DNA from: an uncultured Bacilli bacterium
Lineage (GTDB): Bacteria; Bacillota_I; Bacilli_A; RF39; UBA660
Length of the DNA stretch: 64,000 nucleotides
Assembly (NCBI GenBank): GCA_944368815.1
Contig: CALVXD010000001.1
Location: forward strand, 13,093-77,092
Direction: 5' to 3'
In this document: in pieces, positions 38,994 through 46,906 of the stretch
Layout of the letters: each line of letters begins with the position of its first letter
Numbering within the stretch: position 1 is the first letter of the stretch
Translations under genes and position numbers: made by a program
The notes under the pieces: generated by a model
Told to the model about the DNA's origin: nothing
Databases searched by the model: none
The model's input: only the letters and a program-made list of their open reading frames with translations

Positions 38994-40106
38994 TTAACAT
39001 TTATCTATAATAATTAATGGGATATATACCTCTTCATCACTATTACCACCATGCATTCCACATAATGGAGTACTTCCATTCGTTAATAACGCCATATTAG
39101 ATTCACTTGCAAAAGCAACAAAGTCACCAAGAGCATCTTCAAAAAGGAGATTAGCTTGTCCATATCCAAATAAATTGTTTTTTATAACTTCTTCCTTATC
39201 ACATAGTTTAAAATCTCGTCCAAATTCTTGATTAAATAATACCGCAAATTTATCTTTATATCCATCTTTTATTTTAAAAGATATTGCTCTATTTTCAAGG
39301 GATGTAGTTCTTTCTAACATATTATATATATCAGGATAATTTTCTAAAAAAACATTATTAACTTTAACTTGTCCATGATCAGCAATTACAAAGACAATGG
39401 TATTTTTTAGTTTTCTACACATTTTTTCTACCTTATCGTTTATCTCTATAATTAACTTTCTTGCTTCTTCACTATCTGGTCCTAAATCATGCATAGTACC
39501 ATCAGGTTCATCACAATATGCATAAATAAAATTTTTGCCAGTTTTTGACACCATATTTTCTATATTTTCAAACAGCTCGTCAATATTATTATATTTATTT
39601 TCGCCAAAAGGCAATAATTTTACGGCAGAAGCCTTTTCAGTTTTGTTTATTTCATCTATTATGTTTTTTGAATATAATTTAGATTTTACTCTAAGAAATT
39701 CTTCACAAACTTCTTCTTTCCCTTTTTCAACATTTAGAAACAAAGTTATGGTTTTATCAATAGGTTTAATATACATATTCCATCCTAACCAACCATGTTC
39801 AACTGGATCAAGACCCGTTAATACCGAAGTAGTCGCAGCTGTTGTAGTAGTCGGAAAAACAGATGTTATATCTTTATATTTATTTTGAATTAAAAAACTA
39901 TCATTATCTAATACTCTGTCTAAAATTTTTGACCCCATACCATCAAATAAAATTAATACAACATTTTCTGGTGATTTTTGTTCTAATAATTTATCAATAT
40001 AATCTAACGTATTATGCTTATAATCTAATCCATAATATTTTCTAATAGAGCAAGATAGATTCGTTAAACATTCATTATAATTAATTTTTATATTCATTGA
40101 TTTCAC
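38994..40106 (-). CDS. Alkaline phosphatase superfamily protein (type I phosphodiesterase / nucleotide pyrophosphatase-like)
   Basis: LILFDGMGS and TSVFPTTTTAATTSVLTG metal-binding motifs, characteristic of the metalloenzyme superfamily. Confidence 0.55.
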   Translation of the reverse strand: MKSMNIKINYNECLTNLSCSIRKYYGLDYKHNTLDYIDKLLEQKSPENVVLILFDGMGSKILDRVLDNDSFLIQNKYKDITSVFPTTTTAATTSVLTGLDPVEHGWLGWNMYIKPIDKTITLFLNVEKGKEEVCEEFLRVKSKLYSKNIIDEINKTEKASAVKLLPFGENKYNNIDELFENIENMVSKTGKNFIYAYCDEPDGTMHDLGPDSEEARKLIIEINDKVEKMCRKLKNTIVFVIADHGQVKVNNVFLENYPDIYNMLERTTSLENRAISFKIKDGYKDKFAVLFNQEFGRDFKLCDKEEVIKNNLFGYGQANLLFEDALGDFVAFASESNMALLTNGSTPLCGMHGGNSDEEVYIPLIIIDKC

Positions 40107-40180
40107 CTACTAAATTAAATTATATCAAAAATAAACACATATATCTATAACAAAGTAAAAAAACTATCAATATAGATAGT

Positions 40181-41719
40181 TTATAACATGACTCCTACAC
40201 CTGGTCCTATAGGAACACCAATAATATAAAATCCTAATACTATTACTAACCACAATATGATATAACCAATAGTATATGGAACCATTAATGATATAGCATC
40301 AGTAATAGTTACAACATCGTCTTTTCTTTTATTATATATTTCAATAAAACCAATTAATATAACAAAATATGTAAGAAGTGGAGTAAATCCTAAAACTGAA
40401 CTACTACCCGCTCTAAATACTGCTTCTGCAAATTCTGGAGTTAATGAACTTTGCATAAACATTGGAACCATTATTGGAGCAAATATTGCCCATTTTGTAC
40501 CAAAAGCAGGAACAAATATTGTACTTATCATTACTACAATAAAACTTATTATTACAAGAAGTAATCCAGAAACATTTAGGCTTTCTAAAATTTCCGCTAA
40601 AGATGCTGCAATAAATACTCCTATATTAGTTTCTTTAAATATCATACAGAATTGAGCAGCAAAGAAAATTAATACTAAAATTGAAGATATTTCTTTTAAA
40701 TAATAATTCATCGCAGATATAATATCACGATTATTTTTAATTGTTTTTACTCTAAGACCATATATCAAACCTGATATTACTAAAAGTCCTGAGAAAATAA
40801 ATACTATACCTTGTCTAAAATAAGAATTATCTCCAAATAATTGATCTACATAAGTTTCATCTTTTAAATATAAAAGTAAACCTGAGAATGGTAAATTTGG
40901 TGTTATACAATAAATAAGTATTAATATAACTAACAAACTACATAATAAAGATATTATTACTCCTTTTTTCTCTTTTGATGTTACTATATCATGAGGAGAA
41001 GGTTCTTCTTCATCAAATGTATATTTACCTAATTTAGGTATTATATATCTTTCTGTTATAAATGTACCTAAATATGCAATTAAAACTGTACTAACTAACA
41101 TAAAGAATAAATTACCACTTAGACTAACAGTATAATTAGCATCTAATATTGAAGTAGCACTACTAGAATAATTATATAGAACACTATCAATATAATTTAC
41201 AACAATCCCTGCGCCATATCCAAAAGTAATACCAGCAAATGATGCACAAATACCTGCTGAAGGGTGTCTTCCCAAATTCATAAATAAAATAGCAGATAAA
41301 GGAATTAAAATTACATATCCAACTTCTGATACACTAGAAGCGATAACTCCTAAAAGTACTACAATAAATGTAAGAGTCTTTCTAGGAACTTTCTTAGAAA
41401 TCATTTTAAATAATGAGTTTAAAAATCCTGACTTGTATGCTACTCCTACTCCCAAGAGTCCAATAATTATATTTCCAAGTGGAGCAAAATTAATAAAGTT
41501 ACTTAACATATTACTAATTAAATATTGAAGTCCTGTTCTATTAAATAAATTATTAATTGTTACTACTTGTGTATTTAGGTCTCCAGTAACACTATTTACA
41601 GTACTATAATGGGCTTCTAAATTAAGTAAATTTCCTAAACTACTAATTACCATAACAATAATTGTAAGTATTAGAAATACCCATGCGGGATGTAATTTTA
41701 TACCTTTTTTTCTTCTCAT
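40181..41719 (-). CDS. AbgT family transporter
   Basis: 512-aa polytopic membrane protein whose N-terminal region is typical of AbgT/MtrF. Confidence 0.7.
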   Translation of the reverse strand: MRRKKGIKLHPAWVFLILTIIVMVISSLGNLLNLEAHYSTVNSVTGDLNTQVVTINNLFNRTGLQYLISNMLSNFINFAPLGNIIIGLLGVGVAYKSGFLNSLFKMISKKVPRKTLTFIVVLLGVIASSVSEVGYVILIPLSAILFMNLGRHPSAGICASFAGITFGYGAGIVVNYIDSVLYNYSSSATSILDANYTVSLSGNLFFMLVSTVLIAYLGTFITERYIIPKLGKYTFDEEEPSPHDIVTSKEKKGVIISLLCSLLVILILIYCITPNLPFSGLLLYLKDETYVDQLFGDNSYFRQGIVFIFSGLLVISGLIYGLRVKTIKNNRDIISAMNYYLKEISSILVLIFFAAQFCMIFKETNIGVFIAASLAEILESLNVSGLLLVIISFIVVMISTIFVPAFGTKWAIFAPIMVPMFMQSSLTPEFAEAVFRAGSSSVLGFTPLLTYFVILIGFIEIYNKRKDDVVTITDAISLMVPYTIGYIILWLVIVLGFYIIGVPIGPGVGVML

Positions 41720-41901
41720 AAATTAATCACCTTTTTAATCTTTTTGTTAAAATCTATTCTACTTAACATGATGCTTCGACCACAGTTTAAACATTTTATT
41801 TTTATATCAGCACCTACTCTTGTAATTTCCCATTCATTACTTCCACAAGGGTGCTCTTTTTTCATCATAACTATGCTTCCTAATTTATATTCCAAAGCCA
41901 T
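41716..41901 (-). CDS. DUF951-like small protein
   Basis: 61 aa with CGS...CLNCG zinc-ribbon-like cysteines; overlaps the transporter start (operon). Confidence 0.45.
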   Translation of the reverse strand: MALEYKLGSIVMMKKEHPCGSNEWEITRVGADIKIKCLNCGRSIMLSRIDFNKKIKKVINL

Positions 41902-42055
41902 ATTACCACCACTCTAATTATATCAAATAGCATACTAAAAAACAAGGAATTTTTTATAGGTGTATTTAAGGACAAGCTTAATGTTTATTATTTTGTCGAA
42001 ATTATTTTGAATAAAATTACTTATTTTTTACTATTATATTTATAGGTGATGATAA

Positions 42056-42634
42056 ATGAATTTAATTCCTACTGTAATCGAAAAAAGTAATATGGGAGAA
42101 AGAGCTTATGATATATATTCTAGATTACTTAAAGATAGAATAATTATATTAAGCGGAGAAATCGATGATAATTTAGCAAATAGTATTGTAGCCCAATTAT
42201 TGTATTTAGATAGTATTAATAATGATACAATTAATTTGTATATTAATTCTCCTGGTGGTAGTATAACATCAGGCATGGCTATATATGATACAATGAATTT
42301 TATTAAAAGTGATGTTTCAACAATTTGTATTGGAATGGCAGCATCTATGGCAGCCTTTCTATTATCAAGTGGTAAGAAAGGGAAAAGATTTTGTCTTCCT
42401 AATTCCGAAGTTATGATCCACCAACCTTTAGGTGGTGCCCAAGGTCAAGCAACAGAAATTAAAATAGCGGCTGAAAGAATATTAAAACTAAAAGATAAAT
42501 TGAATACTATTCTAGCCAAAAATACAGGTAAATCTTTAAAACAAATAGAACGAGATACGGAAAGAGATAACTTTATGGATAGCAATGAAGCATTTGAATA
42601 TGGAATAGTAGATAAAATATTAAAGCAAAGATAA
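42056..42634 (+). CDS. clpP: ATP-dependent Clp protease proteolytic subunit
   Basis: Catalytic triad context [11 protein letters not shown] (Ser), MIHQPLGG (His) and a conserved Asp region. Confidence 0.93.
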   Translation: MNLIPTVIEKSNMGERAYDIYSRLLKDRIIILSGEIDDNLANSIVAQLLYLDSINNDTINLYINSPGGSITSGMAIYDTMNFIKSDVSTICIGMAASMAAFLLSSGKKGKRFCLPNSEVMIHQPLGGAQGQATEIKIAAERILKLKDKLNTILAKNTGKSLKQIERDTERDNFMDSNEAFEYGIVDKILKQR

Positions 42635-42741
42635 TTTGATTAAATTTGTATCATAAGCAATAAATTTCGGTAATGTTTTGATCAAAGTATTGTTCCCTTT
42701 ATTTCTTTATAATATAGTTATTTAAAAGGAGTAATGATTAT

Positions 42742-43068
42742 ATGCTGGGGATAAAAATTAAACAAATTCGTATTCAAAGAAATATGTCACAAGAAGAGAT
42801 GGCCAAAGAACTGGGAATCAATAGAAATCAATTATCAAGAATTGAAACAGGAAAATCTGAACCTAGTGCTAACGTTATTAAAAAGTTATGCATAAATTGT
42901 AGTGTTAATCTTTATGATTTATTTGAAATAAAAAGATTTGACAGTGTTAATGAAGAAAAATATAATTACATTATTGATAATTGTAAATATATCTCTGAAA
43001 AAGATTTAGATTTTATTATAAGAATTATTACTTTAATGCGTGATGAATATTTAAAAAAAAATAAATAA
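42742..43068 (+). CDS. XRE family HTH regulator
   Basis: MSQEEMAKELGINRNQLSRIETGKSEPS HTH. Confidence 0.7.
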   Translation: MLGIKIKQIRIQRNMSQEEMAKELGINRNQLSRIETGKSEPSANVIKKLCINCSVNLYDLFEIKRFDSVNEEKYNYIIDNCKYISEKDLDFIIRIITLMRDEYLKKNK

Positions 43069-43123
43069 TCAAAACGATAAATAATAATTCTTTTTTTTAA
43101 TATATTTAATAAAGAGGGATATT

Positions 43124-43483
43124 ATGGATGAAGATAAGTTAAATGAAATAAATAGAGATATTATATTTTTCTTTTTTTTAGTTATTACATCCTTAGTATC
43201 TTTTTATATTATTAATGAAAAGAAAAAAATGTTATTCAACATAAATAATTTAAACAAAGAAGAATTAAATAAATTATTTAGATTTAATAGATATTTTATA
43301 ATATTTATAGATATATATTTTGTTATAAATGCATATAATACTTTAATTGAATTTATTAATAATAATGAAGACGAAGATACAATAAAAGAACAATTTATTT
43401 TGTTAATGGCAAATGTATTCTTCCTAATTGGAGCTTTATTATATATTCCTTTAACTAATAGTGATTCAATCATAACTAGATAG
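43124..43483 (+). CDS. Hypothetical membrane protein
   Basis: 119 aa with 3 predicted TM helices. Confidence 0.35.
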   Translation: MDEDKLNEINRDIIFFFFLVITSLVSFYIINEKKKMLFNINNLNKEELNKLFRFNRYFIIFIDIYFVINAYNTLIEFINNNEDEDTIKEQFILLMANVFFLIGALLYIPLTNSDSIITR

Positions 43484-43514
43484 TATTATTTAAAATTTTT
43501 AGTTAATAATATTA

Positions 43515-43910
43515 TTGAAAGTGAGGATAATTATGGAAAAAAAGACTAATGGAAATAATTTTTTTGATACTCCAATGATACCAGATACCCAATATATGAA
43601 AGCCGATATTTATGAAGATAAAACTAAATATAATATTGATATTGATTTACCTGGTTTTAAAAAGAGCAATATTAAGGTAGTATATGAAAATGGATACTTA
43701 ATGATTAATGCTATAAAAGAAGAAGTTAAAGAAATTAAAGACAATTATATTCGAAGAGAAAGATTTTATGGAGAAGTTAAAAGAAGTTTTTATATTGGTG
43801 AAAAAAATGAAGCAGATATTAAAGCTACATATAAAGATGGAATATTAAATATATCTTTTCCTAAAGAAGAAAATAATAAAAAGAATAGTAAAATTATTAA
43901 TATAGAATAA
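43515..43910 (+). CDS. Hsp20/alpha-crystallin family small heat shock protein
   Basis: ACD core DIYEDKTKYNIDIDLPGFKKSNIKV...GEVKRSFYI...YKDGIL. Confidence 0.85.
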   Translation: MKVRIIMEKKTNGNNFFDTPMIPDTQYMKADIYEDKTKYNIDIDLPGFKKSNIKVVYENGYLMINAIKEEVKEIKDNYIRRERFYGEVKRSFYIGEKNEADIKATYKDGILNISFPKEENNKKNSKIINIE

Positions 43911-43922
43911 TTATTTATATAA

Positions 43923-43960
43923 CAAAAAAGCAAAGTAACTTTTACTACTTTGTTTTTTTT
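43923..43960. terminator. Bidirectional terminator between the hsp20 and the convergent gene
   Basis: CAAAGTA/TACTTTG hairpin flanked by A6 and T8. Confidence 0.5.
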
Positions 43961-44550
43961 CTTGAACGCTTTGATTTAGATTTATTTTTATTAAATTCAT
44001 CTATTACCATCTGTTGTGCTACATCAACAGGATTATTATATAAAAATTGATAATACATATTTCTATAATATTCAACATTACGTTGATTTATATCCTTTAA
44101 CACAAAATGATTATTTTCAAAACTTTTCCAATCATTTGTTTCTACTTCTTGACCACATTCTAAGCACTCATATTTATTACAGTAAAAATCTTTAGAATTT
44201 TCATCATCACATAGATACTTACAATCATGTTCATTTCGTGGATCTTCCCAATATCCATATGAACCTTTATAGATCCATATATCATGATTACAAGAATCAA
44301 ATGATTGACCATGAAGTCTTGATTTAAATCCCCATACAAACTCATAATAAATCATTTTTTCTAACTCGCCTTTAAATAAATTTTCATTATATGCATAGTT
44401 TGCTATTTGTTCATGTAAAAACAAATACCTTTTAACTTTTTCATCTTGCATAAGAGAATTTAATTCTGTTTTATATTTTTCTATTTTTTTAAATTCTTCC
44501 ATGGCATTATTTACTCTTTTAATAATTTCTAATCTTTCTTCTTCTTTCAT
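43945..44550 (-). CDS. Hypothetical Cys-rich protein
   Basis: 201 aa with multiple Cys (C..H..C, CxxC) and a basic K/R tail; no family assigned. Confidence 0.4.
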   Translation of the reverse strand: MKEEERLEIIKRVNNAMEEFKKIEKYKTELNSLMQDEKVKRYLFLHEQIANYAYNENLFKGELEKMIYYEFVWGFKSRLHGQSFDSCNHDIWIYKGSYGYWEDPRNEHDCKYLCDDENSKDFYCNKYECLECGQEVETNDWKSFENNHFVLKDINQRNVEYYRNMYYQFLYNNPVDVAQQMVIDEFNKNKSKSKRSRKKTK

Positions 44551-44607
44551 AACGTCCTCCTTTTAGGTTATATTATATAATAACTAAATTTAATTGTAAA
44601 TTAATTT

Positions 44608-44636
44608 TTGACAATTATAATTAATTGTGGTATTAT
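44608..44636 (+). promoter_or_regulatory. Consensus sigma-A promoter (TTGACA-17-TATTAT)
   Basis: TTGACA at 44608-44613, 17-nt spacer, TATTAT at 44631-44636. Confidence 0.5.
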
Positions 44637-44643
44637 GTATCTA

Positions 44644-44757
44644 GATGAAGGAATCTTCATATAATAGAAATGGAAAACATTTGGTTATTTTCCTAGCTGA
44701 ATGTCTACCAATTAATTAAGGTTGAGCACTCATTCTATAATGAGTGTCATTTTTTTA
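44644..44757 (+). ncRNA. Candidate small RNA or leader (about 114 nt) from the promoter to an intrinsic terminator
   Basis: Hairpins GAAGgaatcCUUC and GGAAAAcauuugguuaUUUUCC; terminator CACUCAUU-cuau-AAUGAGUG plus U7 at 44726-44757. Confidence 0.35.
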
Positions 44758-44789
44758 TTGCTATTACCAATAAGGTAAGGAGTAATAAA

Positions 44790-44906
44790 ATGATAGAAAT
44801 ATATCTAAGAACTTTTATAGTAAAAATTCTCTTTGACATTTTATCAAACCTCCTCTCTATTATAATTGGAGGTAGACACTCAGTAACTAATGTTTTCCAC
44901 ATCTAA
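44790..44906 (+). CDS. Small hydrophobic peptide (38 aa)
   Basis: RBS AAGGAGT 7 nt upstream of the ATG; MIEIYLRTFIVKILFDILSNLLSIIIGGRHSVTNVFHI. Confidence 0.3.
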   Translation: MIEIYLRTFIVKILFDILSNLLSIIIGGRHSVTNVFHI

Positions 44907-45054
44907 TTTTATTATTATAATATATATTAATCAATATACTTAACGCATATTTTACTATTAATTTTATTAAAATATGATTATATTTTTATCATTATAATAT
45001 AACTATTTTACTTATTTATTCATAAATGTTATAATTACATCTAGAGGTGAAACG

Positions 45055-45927
45055 ATGATTAATATTAGTGATAAGTGGAAAGATTATGAATGTATATTAA
45101 CTGGTGATGGAGAAAAATTAGAAAGATGGGGAAATATTATCCTAAGAAGACCAGATCCTCAAATCATATGGAATAAAGATAATTTTGATATATGGAATAA
45201 ATATGATGCTTTCTATCATAGAAGTAATAAAGGCGGAGGTTATTGGGAATACAATAAAAAATTACCAGAATTTTGGACTATAAACTATAATAATTTAACT
45301 TTTAAAGTAAGTCCTACTAATTTTAAGCATACAGGCATATTTCCTGAACAAGCTACTAACTGGGATTATGTTACTGAAAAAATAAAAGAATTTAAAAATA
45401 GTAATAAAGAAGAGATGCGAATTCTTAATTTATTTGCATATACAGGATGTGCTACAATGGCTGCTTCTGCTGCTGGAGCGGATGAAGTTGTACATGTTGA
45501 TGCTTCTAAAGGTATGATTGAATGGGCTAAAGAAAATATGCACCTATCTAATTTAGATAATAATAAAATAAGATTTATAGTAGATGATGTAATAAAATTT
45601 TTAGAAAGAGAAAAAAGAAGAGGTAGAACTTATCACGGTATTATTATGGATCCTCCTAGTTATGGAAGAGGTCCTAATAAAGAAGTATGGAGACTTGAAG
45701 ATAATTTAAAAGAACTATTAGATAAAACTAAAGATGTACTTGATCCTAATTATTCATTTTTATTAATTAATTCTTATACAACAGGAGTATCTCCAATTTC
45801 TCTTAATAATTTACTTAGTTTAACTTTTAATAATGCTAATGTTGAAACAGGAGAAATAGGGCTACCTGTTACTAAAAATAATCTTATCTTGCCTTGTGGT
45901 ATATATGGAAAAGTTACAAGAAAATAA
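45055..45927 (+). CDS. Class I SAM-dependent methyltransferase (RlmI/RlmK-like rRNA methyltransferase family)
   Basis: SAM-binding LNLFAYTGCATMAASAAGADEVVHVDAS and IIMDPPSYGRG (DPP motif). Confidence 0.7.
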   Translation: MINISDKWKDYECILTGDGEKLERWGNIILRRPDPQIIWNKDNFDIWNKYDAFYHRSNKGGGYWEYNKKLPEFWTINYNNLTFKVSPTNFKHTGIFPEQATNWDYVTEKIKEFKNSNKEEMRILNLFAYTGCATMAASAAGADEVVHVDASKGMIEWAKENMHLSNLDNNKIRFIVDDVIKFLEREKRRGRTYHGIIMDPPSYGRGPNKEVWRLEDNLKELLDKTKDVLDPNYSFLLINSYTTGVSPISLNNLLSLTFNNANVETGEIGLPVTKNNLILPCGIYGKVTRK

Positions 45928-46579
45928 TATAATATATGAAGATAATCATATTATAGTAGTTAATAAACCTGTAAATATTCCTGTTCAAGAAGATAGTAGT
46001 AAAGATATAGATTTACTTACATTAATAAAAAATTATTTAAAAGTTAAATATAATAAACCAGGTAATGTATATTTAGGACTTGTACATAGGTTAGATAGAC
46101 CTGTCGGTGGCATTATGGTATTTGCCAAAACTTCTAAGGCTGCTTCTAGATTATCAGAAGAAGTTAGAACTAATAAAATTAATAAAACTTATTATGCCGT
46201 TGTTCATGGAAAAGTTAACAATAACGGTCATTTAGAAGATTATTTATATAAAGATAATAAAACTAATACTTCTTATGTAGTAGATAAAACAAAAGGAAAA
46301 CTTGCTATATTAGATTACGAATTAACCCAATATAAAGATAATTTAAGTTTAGTTAAAATTAATTTAATTACAGGAAGATCTCATCAAATAAGAGTACAAT
46401 TTTCGTCACGTGGATACCCTTTAGTAGGAGACCAACGTTATAATAAAAATCCTATAAAAAATATAAGTATTGCTTTATTTGCTAAAAGATTAGAATTTAT
46501 ACATCCTATAAAAAAAGAACATCTATCATTTGAAATTAATCTTCCCGATAGATATCCGTTTAATATATTTAATATTTAA
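45896..46579 (+). CDS. RluA family pseudouridine synthase
   Basis: Catalytic motif HRLDRPVGGIMVFAKT; overlaps the upstream methyltransferase gene. The true start may be MEKLQ at 45905. Confidence 0.8.
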   Translation: MVYMEKLQENNIIYEDNHIIVVNKPVNIPVQEDSSKDIDLLTLIKNYLKVKYNKPGNVYLGLVHRLDRPVGGIMVFAKTSKAASRLSEEVRTNKINKTYYAVVHGKVNNNGHLEDYLYKDNKTNTSYVVDKTKGKLAILDYELTQYKDNLSLVKINLITGRSHQIRVQFSSRGYPLVGDQRYNKNPIKNISIALFAKRLEFIHPIKKEHLSFEINLPDRYPFNIFNI

Positions 46580-46906
46580 TTACTTAACTTTTACTAAGTA
46601 TAATCTCTTTTGAAAAGCACCACGCTTTTCTTTTTTTTCATCTCTACATTTAAGTAAATCTTCTAATGTATAACCATTATACTCTAATAAGGCAATTAAT
46701 ACTTCTAATACATCAGAACATTCCTCTAATGTTTCTTCTTTTGTCTTAGCTTCTATTACTTCATTATATTCTTCATATAACTTTTTTAATAATTCTTTTT
46801 TATATTCAGTATCATCTAATACTCTTATTATAGGCTCTTTACCACTATTTTCTATTATTTCAGGAATTTTATCCCTAACTAATTTTCCATCTTTCTTCAT
46901 AATCAT
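46580..46906 (-). CDS. MazG-like nucleotide pyrophosphohydrolase (small, YpjD-type)
   Basis: KLVRDKIPEII...EE.EEL.D..E (EExxE metal-binding helix pattern); 108 aa. Confidence 0.6.
   Translation of the reverse strand: MIMKKDGKLVRDKIPEIIENSGKEPIIRVLDDTEYKKELLKKLYEEYNEVIEAKTKEETLEECSDVLEVLIALLEYNGYTLEDLLKCRDEKKEKRGAFQKRLYLVKVK

Noticed and set aside
41902-42055. CtsR operator (GGTCAAA direct repeats) upstream of clpP.
   Set aside because: No convincing tandem heptad repeat found by eye. Only weak partial matches.
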